Counted from the first letter of the stretch, positions 1-9,073 are shown. The stretch is DNA of 64,000 bases from Candidatus Aenigmatarchaeota archaeon (GCA_039000725.1 JAWBNO010000001.1:323795-387794), one strand, 5' to 3'. A program made the numbers and translations. Notes: generated by a model from the sequence alone, not told the origin.

Positions 1-608
1 ATGGTACAACAAATTATATATCAAGTATTGGTGAGGCAACAGTTTCTATCGGCTTGAGTAAAGGATATGACGTAAAAGATATGATAGGAGGGGTAGTAGT
101 AAGACTAAGAAAAAATGAGATTTTGATATCTTTCAATAGGGAAAATTATAGATACTACAAAATGGAGCTAGATGAAATTTTGCCTGGTGGCAAATTTAAA
201 AGAGATAAGAAAGAAATTCAAAAATCAATAGCTGTGATAGATATGAATATTTTAAGATACGATTCCAATTTAAATGCATTAGAATTATTGAAAACTGTAA
301 GAAGCCCAAGATATTTTGGGTGCGTTAGCGATTCCTTGTTATATTTGGGAGAGGGAAAAATAGATTTAGTGGTTTCTAGCGGCAGACCTTGGGATTATGC
401 AGCAGCAATGAAATATGCGATAAATTCTGGTTGTTATGTCGCTTTTATTAATCCAAAAAATGAAAAGGAAATATTTAAGAACGATAGTATTAAGTATGTC
501 GCATCTATTAATAAAAAACTTTTATATGATGCTCTAAATATTTTGTTAAGAGATTATGATATTCTTAGAAAAGAAGAAAATATTTTAGTTGTAACAAGTA
601 AAGGATAG
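1..608 (+). CDS. Inositol monophosphatase / FBPase family protein, 5'-truncated by window edge
   Basis: The frame is open from the window start. Upstream residues GTTNYISSIGEATVSIG and the later WDYAAA match IMPase-family motifs. The TTG at 54 in the ORF track is probably internal. Confidence 0.7.
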   Translation, partial: GTTNYISSIGEATVSIGLSKGYDVKDMIGGVVVRLRKNEILISFNRENYRYYKMELDEILPGGKFKRDKKEIQKSIAVIDMNILRYDSNLNALELLKTVRSPRYFGCVSDSLLYLGEGKIDLVVSSGRPWDYAAAMKYAINSGCYVAFINPKNEKEIFKNDSIKYVASINKKLLYDALNILLRDYDILRKEENILVVTSKG

Positions 609-624
609 GAAAAAAAGATATATT

Positions 625-699
625 AGCCCTGGGCGGGATTTGAACCCGCGACCCCCTCATTACCAGTGAGGTGCTCTAACCAGTCTGAGCTACCAGGGC
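625..699 (-). tRNA. tRNA-Thr (anticodon GGU), no intron
   Basis: The reverse complement folds as a cloverleaf: gccctgg/ccagggc acceptor, anticodon loop ctGGTaa, T-loop ttcaaat. It is a GC-rich island. Confidence 0.9.
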
Positions 700-731
700 A
701 ATATTTAAATTTTTAACGTTCAATAAAAAAT

Positions 732-1160
732 TTAGCTAACTAGAGAGCCAAAAAAATCGTATTGAGATGCTATTTCTTTTTCAAATCTTTTAGATAATTT
801 TTTATCAAAAGTTTCCATTTTTTCCTTTATTAGGTAGAAGAAATCGTACCTACAGAGATAATGTTCCTCTCTTTCTAGTTTTTTTAAGAAATCTATAAAA
901 ACTTTCTTTTTTCTGAATCTAAATTTTTTAATCCAAAGTTTTACACCCTTTACAAATTTTTTAGTTTCTTCTTTACTTATAACTCTTTGAATGGGCCAAC
1001 CACAAATAGCACATACATTAGAAGAGTTATCTTCAACTTTTTCTAAATTTAAATTTTCTTTACAGTCAATACAAACAACTAAGCCATTTATTGTATAGAA
1101 GTAGTAGACTTCCTTACCACATATATCACAAATTTCTATCTCAGTTAGGTCCCCGGCCAT
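732..1160 (-). CDS. Hypothetical zinc-ribbon protein
   Basis: 142-aa ORF with three CxxC pairs (CDICG, CIDC, CAICG). No family recognised. Confidence 0.5.
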   Translation of the reverse strand: MAGDLTEIEICDICGKEVYYFYTINGLVVCIDCKENLNLEKVEDNSSNVCAICGWPIQRVISKEETKKFVKGVKLWIKKFRFRKKKVFIDFLKKLEREEHYLCRYDFFYLIKEKMETFDKKLSKRFEKEIASQYDFFGSLVS

Positions 1161-1578
1161 CGAAAATTTAGAAGCCGGTTCCTCCCTTAGAGCCCCAAAT
1201 AATTAATTTTTAATGTATCTACAGAAAAACAGATTCTTTTTATGGGGCTTTCTCGCATAAGAAAACTATAAACTTATATTTAAAAACTTAATTCTTTTTT
1301 TCAATATATTTTTTCTGGTAAAGCTATAAAGTTTTATAATTGAAATGAAACAAGCTAAAAATGTATGCTGGAATTTATTTAAGCTTGTTATTCTAATAGA
1401 TCAAGTAGACAACTATTTTATTTAAGAAATAAGATTTCTAAAACTATAGATAACATCAGAAAATTAAAAACTAAAGATTTTATATTTTTAAAAATAAGTG
1501 TAGAAAGATTTATGCAACGGATATTAAAAACATTAACTATTTTTTACGTTACTTTGTATGCAAGATTACATTTTTCTA

Positions 1579-2043
1579 TTAGTCCATAAAAATACTTCTT
1601 ATCTTTTCAGCAATTTTTTCTAAATCTTCATCTTTAGCTCTAGGTCCATGTAAAGTAGTTATGTATCCACTATACCAATTATTAACAATTTTATAATCAA
1701 TTTCTGGAGGGGCTAAACATCTTTTTATTTCAAAAACTGGATAAAGCTTTACATGAATATGATTTATTTCCATTCCTTCTAAAACCAAAAAAGTTCTTAT
1801 TGAACCTAATGCTTTATCGATAGCTTTTCCAACCTTTTTAGCTGTTAAAAAAAGTTTTGTATATACATCATCTGGTAAATCAAATTGATAACTACCATAG
1901 TGTTTTTTTGTTATTACTAAGGTTTGTCCTTTAACTATAGGATAGATATCAAGAAAAGCTAAGTGATCATCATCTTCATAAACTTTATGGCACGGTAATT
2001 CTCCTTTAACAATTTTACAAAAAATACATTCTTTATCACTCAT
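1579..2043 (-). CDS. HIT family hydrolase (Hint-like)
   Basis: CIFCKI N-terminus and histidine triad INHIHVKLYP. Confidence 0.8.
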   Translation of the reverse strand: MSDKECIFCKIVKGELPCHKVYEDDDHLAFLDIYPIVKGQTLVITKKHYGSYQFDLPDDVYTKLFLTAKKVGKAIDKALGSIRTFLVLEGMEINHIHVKLYPVFEIKRCLAPPEIDYKIVNNWYSGYITTLHGPRAKDEDLEKIAEKIRSIFMD

Positions 2044-2114
2044 TTATGAATTTTGGTTTTAAGTATTGATAAAATTTTGACTAGATAAAAGTAGATTTTT
2101 CCTTTTCTTCTCCT

Positions 2115-2369
2115 TTATTCGACAATTTTATATACTTTATCTCCTTCTCTAACTCTTTCAACAACTTTTAAACCAATTGATTGCCCTTTAATTCCTTCAT
2201 TTACATCTTTATGTTCTATTTGCATAGATTCAACTATTTGAGAAAAATTTGTTGTTCTTCCTTCAATACTAATTTTATCTCCTTTTTTTAATGTATTTTC
2301 TAGTTCAATTACAGCTACACTTATTTTTGGATAGAAATGTGTAACTTTTCCAACGTACACTTTTTCCAT
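2115..2369 (-). CDS. Small beta-barrel protein (translation-factor domain-2-like), function unknown
   Basis: 84-aa ORF with pattern GKVTHFYPKISVAVIEL...GDKISIEG...GLKV, resembling an EF-Tu domain II-type barrel. Confidence 0.5.
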   Translation of the reverse strand: MEKVYVGKVTHFYPKISVAVIELENTLKKGDKISIEGRTTNFSQIVESMQIEHKDVNEGIKGQSIGLKVVERVREGDKVYKIVE

Positions 2370-2422
2370 ATGAAGATTTTTATTATAAAAATAAATCTTG
2401 ATTTTTCAATCTTAGTTTCTTT

Positions 2423-2558
2423 TGCCGGGGGTGGGATTTGAACCCACGAAGGGACTAACCCAGCAGGTTTCTTCACTGCTCAGAGCTTATGTGCCTAGCC
2501 AGCACTTAAGCTTCGGCAATGGCGTCTGCCGCCATTGACCAGGCTAGGCGACCCCGGC
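2423..2558 (-). tRNA. Intron-containing class II tRNA, probably tRNA-Leu (possible anticodon UAA); about 50 nt of intervening sequence
   Basis: Acceptor gccgggg/ccccggc with A73. Leu-type D-arm gcct-agcctggtcaa-tggc, T-arm gtgggttcaaatcccac, and variable arm tgggttagtcccttc. 82 nt lie between position 26 and the T-stem, where about 32 are expected. I could not place the anticodon with a single canonical intron. Confidence 0.65.
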
Positions 2559-2561
2559 TAT

Positions 2562-3179
2562 TTATAATTTAGAAATTTTATTCTTAAACTCTAATACTTT
2601 TTTCTCTAAAACCTCTAGGCTTAATTCTACTATTTCTTCTGGTTTTAATCCGGAGCAACTTTCTACTTCAAATACTATTTTTCCATCTTGAATAGAATAA
2701 CCAACAACGGCGGCTTGCCATTTTACATGATCTTTACCATAACCAAGTCTAGCATAGGCAATAAGGTCTATTTCTTCTCCTTCAAAAAGTTGAACTATTG
2801 GTATATTATCAAATACAGGTTTAACTTTCTCATCTTCTGATTTTAGATCTCCAGAGTAAACAATGCACGGACCTTTCTTTTTTAGTGCCAATTTACAATA
2901 TAAGGAAGGTTCTTTAACATCATCTAAATTCTTTGCTTCTTCAGGTATTTTATAAGTTTTTTTATCGTATGTTAAAGGAATTAATCCTAATCTATGTGCC
3001 AATATTTCATCATAAAGAGCAGAGTCGTTCTTCTTTATGTCAATCCATTCTATTGCCATAGTTGGAATTTCGAATGACATTATTCTTCTAAGGGCATTTG
3101 CGAAGCCAACTTTTAAGTTTTCTACCGAAAATTTAATTTTTTCTTTATCCTTTTCTAATATTTCTATTTTCAATGTCAT
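2562..3179 (-). CDS. rpoD: DNA-directed RNA polymerase subunit D (Rpo3)
   Basis: N-terminus FANALRRIMSFEIPTMAIEWIDI...YDEILAHRLGLIPL is typical of RpoD/Rpb3. Confidence 0.85.
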   Translation of the reverse strand: MTLKIEILEKDKEKIKFSVENLKVGFANALRRIMSFEIPTMAIEWIDIKKNDSALYDEILAHRLGLIPLTYDKKTYKIPEEAKNLDDVKEPSLYCKLALKKKGPCIVYSGDLKSEDEKVKPVFDNIPIVQLFEGEEIDLIAYARLGYGKDHVKWQAAVVGYSIQDGKIVFEVESCSGLKPEEIVELSLEVLEKKVLEFKNKISKL

Positions 3180-3185
3180 GTTTTT

Positions 3186-3524
3186 TTAACCTCTTGAAAT
3201 TTTAGCGTAGCTTGGAGTTAATAGCAAATAATCATTATCTATACCTACAATATCTCCTTTTAAAGCATCAACAGTATTCTTAAGCCTATCCACACTTTTT
3301 TTTAGTTCACTAAGATTTTTTTCCCTTATATCTTTAATTCTTAGTAAAACTATTTGACCCTCTCTTAAAAATTGTTGTATTTTTTCTACATCGCTATAAC
3401 TCTGTAAAGTCTCTACTCTAATTTTTGGTTTTATTTCTTCTTTAAAGGCATCTTCCTTAATCTCTATTTCTTCTTTTTCTTCTTCTTTTTTACCCAACTT
3501 TTTTATTATTTTTCCAAAAGGCAT
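3186..3524 (-). CDS. sepF: Cell division protein SepF homolog
   Basis: Acidic N-terminus followed by a SepF-like core (VETLQSYSDVEKIQQFLREGQIVLLRI...GDIVGIDNDYLLLTP). Confidence 0.65.
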   Translation of the reverse strand: MPFGKIIKKLGKKEEEKEEIEIKEDAFKEEIKPKIRVETLQSYSDVEKIQQFLREGQIVLLRIKDIREKNLSELKKSVDRLKNTVDALKGDIVGIDNDYLLLTPSYAKISRG

Positions 3525-3555
3525 AATAATTAGTTGAAACCAAATTTAAAAATGT

Positions 3556-3822
3556 TTATTTTTTCTTTGCTCTAGCCTTTATTTGTTCTAACAAGCTAAC
3601 GGCATTCCATATCATAGTTCTTCCATGAATAGGCAAATTTGGGTCGTTAACTATTTCATCTAGAATGTAAATGGCCTCGTTTGCTTTTAGTTCATCTTCT
3701 TTATTACTATTTAAAGCGTTTTTTGCCATTTCTACTGCTTCTCTAACATTTCTAGGTATACTTCTATCATTTATAATTCTCTCTAAGATTTCTAGCACAG
3801 GTTTATAGTTCATCTTTTCCAC
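3556..3822 (-). CDS. UPF0147 family protein
   Basis: NDRSIPRNVREA...ILDEIVNDPNLPIHGRTMIW matches the archaeal UPF0147 signature. Confidence 0.7.
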   Translation of the reverse strand: MEKMNYKPVLEILERIINDRSIPRNVREAVEMAKNALNSNKEDELKANEAIYILDEIVNDPNLPIHGRTMIWNAVSLLEQIKARAKKK

Positions 3823-4132
3823 CTTTTTTAATTATATTTTCTCTTTCTTTAATTTTTTCTTCAACGAGTTTTTCCATTTTTTCGAAATTAGATAGCCTAA
3901 GCTCTAAATCCTCTTTATTTTCTTTAAGTTCTCTTAACATATCCTCTTTATTTTTTTTAATCATAACATTTCCAACAATTTTATATGCGAAATTTTCTTT
4001 TATTTGCTCAAGCTCTTTAATAGCGTTTTCTATTTCCAGAAGCTGTAGTTTTATGGTTTCTTTCTGAAAGACAATAGCCCTATACTGCTCTTGTAGGCTT
4101 TGATATTCTTCTTCAATTCTACTATCTGTCAT
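3803..4132 (-). CDS. pfdB: Prefoldin beta subunit
   Basis: 109-aa coiled-coil protein with central YKIVGNVMIKKNKEDMLRELKE, typical of GimC beta. Confidence 0.7.
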   Translation of the reverse strand: MTDSRIEEEYQSLQEQYRAIVFQKETIKLQLLEIENAIKELEQIKENFAYKIVGNVMIKKNKEDMLRELKENKEDLELRLSNFEKMEKLVEEKIKERENIIKKGGKDEL

Positions 4133-4163
4133 TAATAAGAAAGTTTACCTAAAATAAAAGTTT

Positions 4164-4295
4164 TTATCTTGCTTGAACTCTTTTAACTACTGCCGGCCTA
4201 ATTTTAACTAATATTCTATATCCACAATAAGGACACATAACTTTTCCTTCTAAAAGCTCATTTACTATTGATTTACATTTAAGACATTTATACAT
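4164..4295 (-). CDS. rpoP: DNA-directed RNA polymerase subunit P (Rpo12)
   Basis: Absent from the ORF track. My translation is MYKCLKCKSIVNELLEGKVMCPYCGYRILVKIRPAVVKRVQAR. It has a CxxC...CPYCGYRIL zinc ribbon, and its ATG overlaps the rpl37ae stop (TAATG). Confidence 0.75.
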   Translation of the reverse strand: MYKCLKCKSIVNELLEGKVMCPYCGYRILVKIRPAVVKRVQAR

Positions 4296-4519
4296 TATAT
4301 CACCCTAGGTGGATAGTATGCTTGTCCTGCAAATTTTGCTCCACATTTTTTACAAATCCAAATTCCACTTCCATTTCTAACTAAATATTCCATTTTACAA
4401 TTTGGACATATATGTCTTTTTTTCTGCTCTTTTTCTATTTCCGCTACCTTTTCTCTAATCTTTTTACCATATCTTGGACCAAATCTACCAGCAGTCCCAA
4501 CTTTTTTAGTTTTACCCAT
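4295..4519 (-). CDS. rpl37ae: Ribosomal protein L37Ae (eL43)
   Basis: GTAGRFGPRYG plus a CPNC...CKKCG zinc ribbon. Confidence 0.9.
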   Translation of the reverse strand: MGKTKKVGTAGRFGPRYGKKIREKVAEIEKEQKKRHICPNCKMEYLVRNGSGIWICKKCGAKFAGQAYYPPRVI

Positions 4520-4523
4520 TAAA

Positions 4524-4736
4524 TCACCTATTTAAGCTCTCTAATAACTTAATAATTTCTTTCTCACTTATTCTATTATTGATTTTTCCACTATTAAACA
4601 TTTTTATCAAATAATCTTCAATTTGTTCAACTAATTGTGGCTTAACTAGCTTAACTCTTGCTAATCTTTCTTTTGCTTTTGGTTCAAGAATTTTTCTCAA
4701 TATTTCATTCTTTTGAAATTCTTCCACTAATTTCAC
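4524..4736 (-). CDS. PDCD5/TFAR19-like dsDNA-binding protein (short form)
   Basis: ILRKILEPKAKERLARVKLVKPQLVEQIE matches the archaeal PDCD5-like family. It overlaps the rps19e 3' end by 32 nt. Confidence 0.65.
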   Translation of the reverse strand: MKLVEEFQKNEILRKILEPKAKERLARVKLVKPQLVEQIEDYLIKMFNSGKINNRISEKEIIKLLESLNR

Positions 4737-5133
4737 CTATTATTTTGTCTATAAAACTTCTACCTTTTGGTGTTAAAATTCTACCTTTTTTTTCTTTTGT
4801 AACTAAACCTTCAGATTCCAATTGTTGCAATATTTTTCTAATTATAGATCCAGAAGCCTTATAAAATTTTTTTGGCTTCATACCTCTATTTTTTCTGCCA
4901 CCATAATAGGTTCTAAGCCTAGAAACTCCAACAGGACCATCAATATAAATTCTTCTTAGTATTGAAGCTGCTCTAATATACCAAAAATCCTCTTGCTCAG
5001 GAGGCCTTTCTTTATGAGCCCCACTTTTAACTATTTTTGCCCAAAGAGGAGGCTTAATCTTTTCCATTTTTTTAAGTTCCTCTTTCAATTTTTCTATCAG
5101 CTTCTCTGCTGGCACTTCATATATACTTACCAT
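4705..5133 (-). CDS. rps19e: Ribosomal protein S19e (eS19)
   Basis: PPEQEDFWYIRAASILRRIYIDGPVGVSRLRTYYGG. Confidence 0.9.
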   Translation of the reverse strand: MVSIYEVPAEKLIEKLKEELKKMEKIKPPLWAKIVKSGAHKERPPEQEDFWYIRAASILRRIYIDGPVGVSRLRTYYGGRKNRGMKPKKFYKASGSIIRKILQQLESEGLVTKEKKGRILTPKGRSFIDKIIGEISGRISKE

Positions 5134-5169
5134 ACTTTCTAAATTGAATTAAAATATTAAAAAATTTTA

Positions 5170-6855
5170 TTAACCCGCTTTTCCTTGGGATTTATAAAGC
5201 TCTATTAACCTATCTAAAGTGTCTGCTTCTTCAGGACCTTTATCATCTCTAATTCTAACAAAGGCAGGAAATCTTAAAGCATAGCCAGATTCATAATTTG
5301 GCGATTTTTGAATTTCTTGATATTTTACTTCTATAACAATTTTTGGTCTAATTTTAACTTCTTTTCCTTTTTCTTGAATTATTAATGGCTTTAAAAGCTC
5401 TGTCATCATTTCATATTCTTCTTCAGTTAGACCAGTAGACATCATCCCGCATCTTAAAAAATTTCCAGTATCAGGATCTCTAACGGCTAATTCATATGAA
5501 GTTAACCAGTTAGCTCTACTTCCTTCTCCCCAAGTAGCACCAATTATAACTAAATCTAAGGTTTCCATTGTTGGCTTTATTTTATACCACCCACCGACAT
5601 GTCTTCCAAATTTATAAGGAGAGTTTAATACTTTTAACATCAAACCTTCTTGTTTGGCTTTTAAAGCAGATTGATAAAAGGACTCAAGCTCTTGAATATT
5701 ATCTGAAATTATTTGTTTTGCCAATTCAAACTTACCAGGAATTTCTTTTACTATATTTTCCAAAATTTTTCTTCTTTCTATTAAAGGTTTATCAATTAGC
5801 ATTTCTCCGTTTAAATAAACAACATCAAATAAATGAATTCTAATTGGTATTTTTTTAATCATTTCTTCTATTTCATATTTTCTATGAATTCTTCTTGATA
5901 AAACTTGAAAAGCCATAGGTTCTCCAGTTTGAGGATTAACTGCTATTGTTTCTCCCTCTATAACACATTCATCAGCATTTATTCCTTTTAAACACAATTC
6001 ACATAAATCAGGAAACTGTTTAGTTACATCTTCTTGTCTTCTAGTAAAAAGTTTAATATTTGAACTCTTTTTCATTATAAGAGTTCTCATTCCATCATAT
6101 TTCCACTCTGCAGCCACTTTTCCAAATTCTTTCACAACTTCTTCTATACTTTCAGCCTTTTCACCAAGCATTACTTGTATTGGCCTACCAAATTCAATTT
6201 TTACATTTTCCAGACCTTCTATTCCTTTTTCTTTGGCAATTTTAGCAACTAGAGCGAAATCTGAAAGAATATTCCAAGCATAGTCAACAGCTTCATACGC
6301 TTTTTCATTTTTTCCAAAAAATGCTTCAACAATAGCATCTCTTATTAAACCTTCTGCAACACCAATTCTTAACTCTCCTAAAATTGTTCTAACTAAATAT
6401 TTTGCCTCTTTAGGAGAAGCTAACAATAATAAACTATAAATTGTTTGTATTTTTCTTTCTTGTGCACCCTCACCTGAAGCTAAGGAAACTTTTCTTAGAT
6501 TTTCAAAGACCATTTCTACAGTTAAATTTTTCTTAAAAAGTGTAATTTGTCTTTTTTGAGGAAGCAATTTTTCAGCAGTTAAACCCAAATCTCCGGTTCT
6601 AGCAAATTCTTCTTCTACTTTTTCAACAGATATTCCAACAACTTTACTTATAGCTGTCATCATTAGTTGAGTAGCAATTCCTAATTCAATTTGCATATAT
6701 TTAGGATAAACTATTCCTTGAACCAAATAAACAACTTTTTCCAAATCTTCGATTTCACAATTTTTAAAAAGTTCTGCCAATATTTTTGTTTTTTCTATTT
6801 TAGAAGATGTCTTTTCCAACTTTTCATAGTAATTTACTAATATGCTATATTCCAT
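5170..6855 (-). CDS. lig: ATP-dependent DNA ligase
   Basis: Adenylation motif AEWKYDGMR. 561 aa, with the OB/DBD layout typical of archaeal Lig1. Confidence 0.9.
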   Translation of the reverse strand: MEYSILVNYYEKLEKTSSKIEKTKILAELFKNCEIEDLEKVVYLVQGIVYPKYMQIELGIATQLMMTAISKVVGISVEKVEEEFARTGDLGLTAEKLLPQKRQITLFKKNLTVEMVFENLRKVSLASGEGAQERKIQTIYSLLLLASPKEAKYLVRTILGELRIGVAEGLIRDAIVEAFFGKNEKAYEAVDYAWNILSDFALVAKIAKEKGIEGLENVKIEFGRPIQVMLGEKAESIEEVVKEFGKVAAEWKYDGMRTLIMKKSSNIKLFTRRQEDVTKQFPDLCELCLKGINADECVIEGETIAVNPQTGEPMAFQVLSRRIHRKYEIEEMIKKIPIRIHLFDVVYLNGEMLIDKPLIERRKILENIVKEIPGKFELAKQIISDNIQELESFYQSALKAKQEGLMLKVLNSPYKFGRHVGGWYKIKPTMETLDLVIIGATWGEGSRANWLTSYELAVRDPDTGNFLRCGMMSTGLTEEEYEMMTELLKPLIIQEKGKEVKIRPKIVIEVKYQEIQKSPNYESGYALRFPAFVRIRDDKGPEEADTLDRLIELYKSQGKAG

Positions 6856-6901
6856 ATAACTTTTTAGTAAAGAAAAATAAAGTTTTGGACCAAAATAAAA
6901 A

Positions 6902-7120
6902 ATGGAAGAAGAAATTAAAGAAGAAACTAGAAAAAAAATTTCACCAGATTGGATATTAGATTGTGTTTGTTTAGAGGATAAAGGAAAGACTTTGGTTATT
7001 TCTCCTCACGAATGTTATAAAAGGGGAATTAATAATATAAAAATAACACTAGGAAGATTTAGTTCCCCAACAGTATTAACATATAAAATATCTGAAATCT
7101 ATAAGAAAAAAAAGGAGTAA
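6902..7120 (+). CDS. Hypothetical small protein
   Basis: 72-aa ORF in the intergenic space between lig and tRNA-Phe. No motif recognised. Confidence 0.35.
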   Translation: MEEEIKEETRKKISPDWILDCVCLEDKGKTLVISPHECYKRGINNIKITLGRFSSPTVLTYKISEIYKKKKE

Positions 7121-7130
7121 ATTAATAAAT

Positions 7131-7204
7131 GGGACGGTAGCTCAGCCCGGGAGAGCGACCGGCTGAAGACCGGTGCGTCGTGGGTTCAAATCCCACCCGT
7201 CCCA
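7131..7204 (+). tRNA. tRNA-Phe (GAA), no intron
   Basis: gggacgg/ccgtccc acceptor, anticodon loop ctGAAga, T-loop ttcaaat. Confidence 0.9.
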
Positions 7205-7242
7205 AGATCTATTTTTATAAAAGAAAAAACAATATAGAATCT

Positions 7243-8418
7243 ATGAAAAACTTGAGAATAAACTCTTTCAAATATGTTCAACCAAAAATCGAAATAGTAG
7301 AAAGAAAGGGTATAGGCCATCCAGACACAATATGCGATTCTATTGCGGATCAAATTTCTATTAATCTAGCAAATTATTACCTAAAAAGATACGGTCAAAT
7401 TTTCCATTATAATGTTGATAAAGCATTACTATCTGCTGGAGAAGCAAAAACTAAGTTTGGTGGTGGAAAAATAATTAAACCAATGAAACTAATTCTGGGA
7501 GATAGAGCAACTTATATGGTTGGCAACGATGAAATACCAATCGAAGAAATAGCAAAGAAAACAATTTATGATTGGGTAAGACAAAATTTGAGATTTGTAG
7601 AAGAAAATAATCTAGAAATTGTAAATGAAATTAAGTTTGGATCAGAAGAATTGACTTCTATTTTTTCTAAAAAGAACGAATTTCTTCCAGCCAATGATAC
7701 AAGTGCTCTAGTTGGTTATGCACCTTTAACCTTATTGGAAAAGAGTGTTCTAGAATTAGAAAAATACTTGAATTCTAAAGAATTTAAGAATAATTATCCT
7801 TGGAGTGGAGAAGATATTAAGGTAATGGGTTTAAGAGATAACTCAAATTTCATATTTACAATTGCTATGGCCTTCGTTGATAGATTTGTTAATAGTGAGG
7901 AAGATTATTTCAAGAAAAAAGGAGAGATTATAGAGGAAATAAAAAAATTTTTAAGTAATAATTTTGGCATAAACGCAAAGATTTATTTGAACACATTGGA
8001 TGAAAAAGGAAAAAAGGAAGAAGGATGCTATCTTACAGTAACTGGAACTAGTGCAGAATCTGCCGATTCAGGAGAAGTAGGTAGAGGAAACAGAGTTAAT
8101 GGTATTATTTCTTTGAATAGACCAGCCGGCTCTGAAGCTGCTGCAGGTAAAAATATGGTAAGTCATGTTGGTAAAATATATAATCTTTTAGCTTTTGATA
8201 TTGCTCAAAAAATTTATGAAGAGATAGGAAAAATTAATTACGTTTGGTTATTGAGTCAAATAGGAAAGCCTATAAATGAACCATTAATGATTTCTGTTGA
8301 AATTGATAGTTTAGAGGAGAATGATAAAATTAAGGTAGAAGAAATAATTTCGAAGAGATTTGAAACATTAAAGGAATTTATAAACGATTTAATAAGTGGG
8401 AAGTTTAAAGTTTGCTAA
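7243..8418 (+). CDS. mat: Archaeal-type S-adenosylmethionine synthetase
   Basis: ERKGIGHPDTICDSIADQIS is near the N-terminus. The ORF-track start at 7180 overlaps tRNA-Phe, so I moved the start to the ATG at 7243 (MKNLRINS). Confidence 0.85.
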   Translation: MKNLRINSFKYVQPKIEIVERKGIGHPDTICDSIADQISINLANYYLKRYGQIFHYNVDKALLSAGEAKTKFGGGKIIKPMKLILGDRATYMVGNDEIPIEEIAKKTIYDWVRQNLRFVEENNLEIVNEIKFGSEELTSIFSKKNEFLPANDTSALVGYAPLTLLEKSVLELEKYLNSKEFKNNYPWSGEDIKVMGLRDNSNFIFTIAMAFVDRFVNSEEDYFKKKGEIIEEIKKFLSNNFGINAKIYLNTLDEKGKKEEGCYLTVTGTSAESADSGEVGRGNRVNGIISLNRPAGSEAAAGKNMVSHVGKIYNLLAFDIAQKIYEEIGKINYVWLLSQIGKPINEPLMISVEIDSLEENDKIKVEEIISKRFETLKEFINDLISGKFKVC

Positions 8419-9073
8419 GTAGATATTTTAAACCTTCTTTTATTATAAAAATAGAAACGCCAGATACTACTTTAATTCCCCTAACAAATTTACTTTTTTT
8501 GTGATAGAAAACTTTGACAGGAACATTGGTTATTTTCATATTTTTTCTAACACCTTCCGCTAAGATAGAATTTTCAATTATATATCCTCCGTAAATTTTT
8601 TCAATTTTGGATAAAGCTTTTCTGCTTAACCCAATAAAACCACAGTTTGTATCTTTTAACTTAACTCCAAATAATAAGTTAAAAATAAAGCGCCAAACGA
8701 AATTTCCTAATTTATGTCTAAAAGGAACCTTTGACCAATTTCTGGCCCCCATAACTATATCATATCCTTTTTCAACCATCTTAGCAATTTTCGGAGCTTC
8801 TTCTGGTAAAAATTGCATATCAGCATCTATTATAATGCAAGAGCTAAATTTTTTGTTTTTTAGAAAATCAAAAGCTGTTTTAAGAGCCTCCCCCTTTCCT
8901 CTATTTTTTTCATGTCTTATAACATCAACTTTTAAAGATTTTGCTATTTCATATGTCTTATCTTTGCTACCATCGTCAATAACTAAGACCTTAAATTTCA
9001 ATTTTTTCAGCCTTTTTATAACCTCTCCTATAGTTTTTTCTTCGTTGTATGCTGGAACTATTGCATATCTCAT
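8405..9073 (-). CDS. Family 2 glycosyltransferase (dolichyl-phosphate sugar synthase-like)
   Basis: IVPAYNEEKTIGEVI...VIDDGSKDKT...IIIDADMQ. Confidence 0.8.
   Translation of the reverse strand: MRYAIVPAYNEEKTIGEVIKRLKKLKFKVLVIDDGSKDKTYEIAKSLKVDVIRHEKNRGKGEALKTAFDFLKNKKFSSCIIIDADMQFLPEEAPKIAKMVEKGYDIVMGARNWSKVPFRHKLGNFVWRFIFNLLFGVKLKDTNCGFIGLSRKALSKIEKIYGGYIIENSILAEGVRKNMKITNVPVKVFYHKKSKFVRGIKVVSGVSIFIIKEGLKYLLSKL

Noticed and set aside
2470-2500. Reading the tRNA at 2423-2558 as tRNA-Phe by joining c|tgaaga to give loop cuGAAga
   Set aside because: The sequence after that loop (aacct) cannot pair with any candidate 5' anticodon stem. The class II variable arm and A73 point to Leu, and a normal tRNA-Phe(GAA) already exists at 7131-7204.
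7180-7242. N-terminal extensions of ORFs running through tRNA genes (7180-7242 over tRNA-Phe, 26642-26776 over tRNA-Ser) and the whole ORF 48088-48396 over tRNA-Thr
   Set aside because: The tRNA cloverleaves are unambiguous. Downstream ATG codons with better context give proteins starting at conserved N-termini, and 48088-48396 has no support at all.
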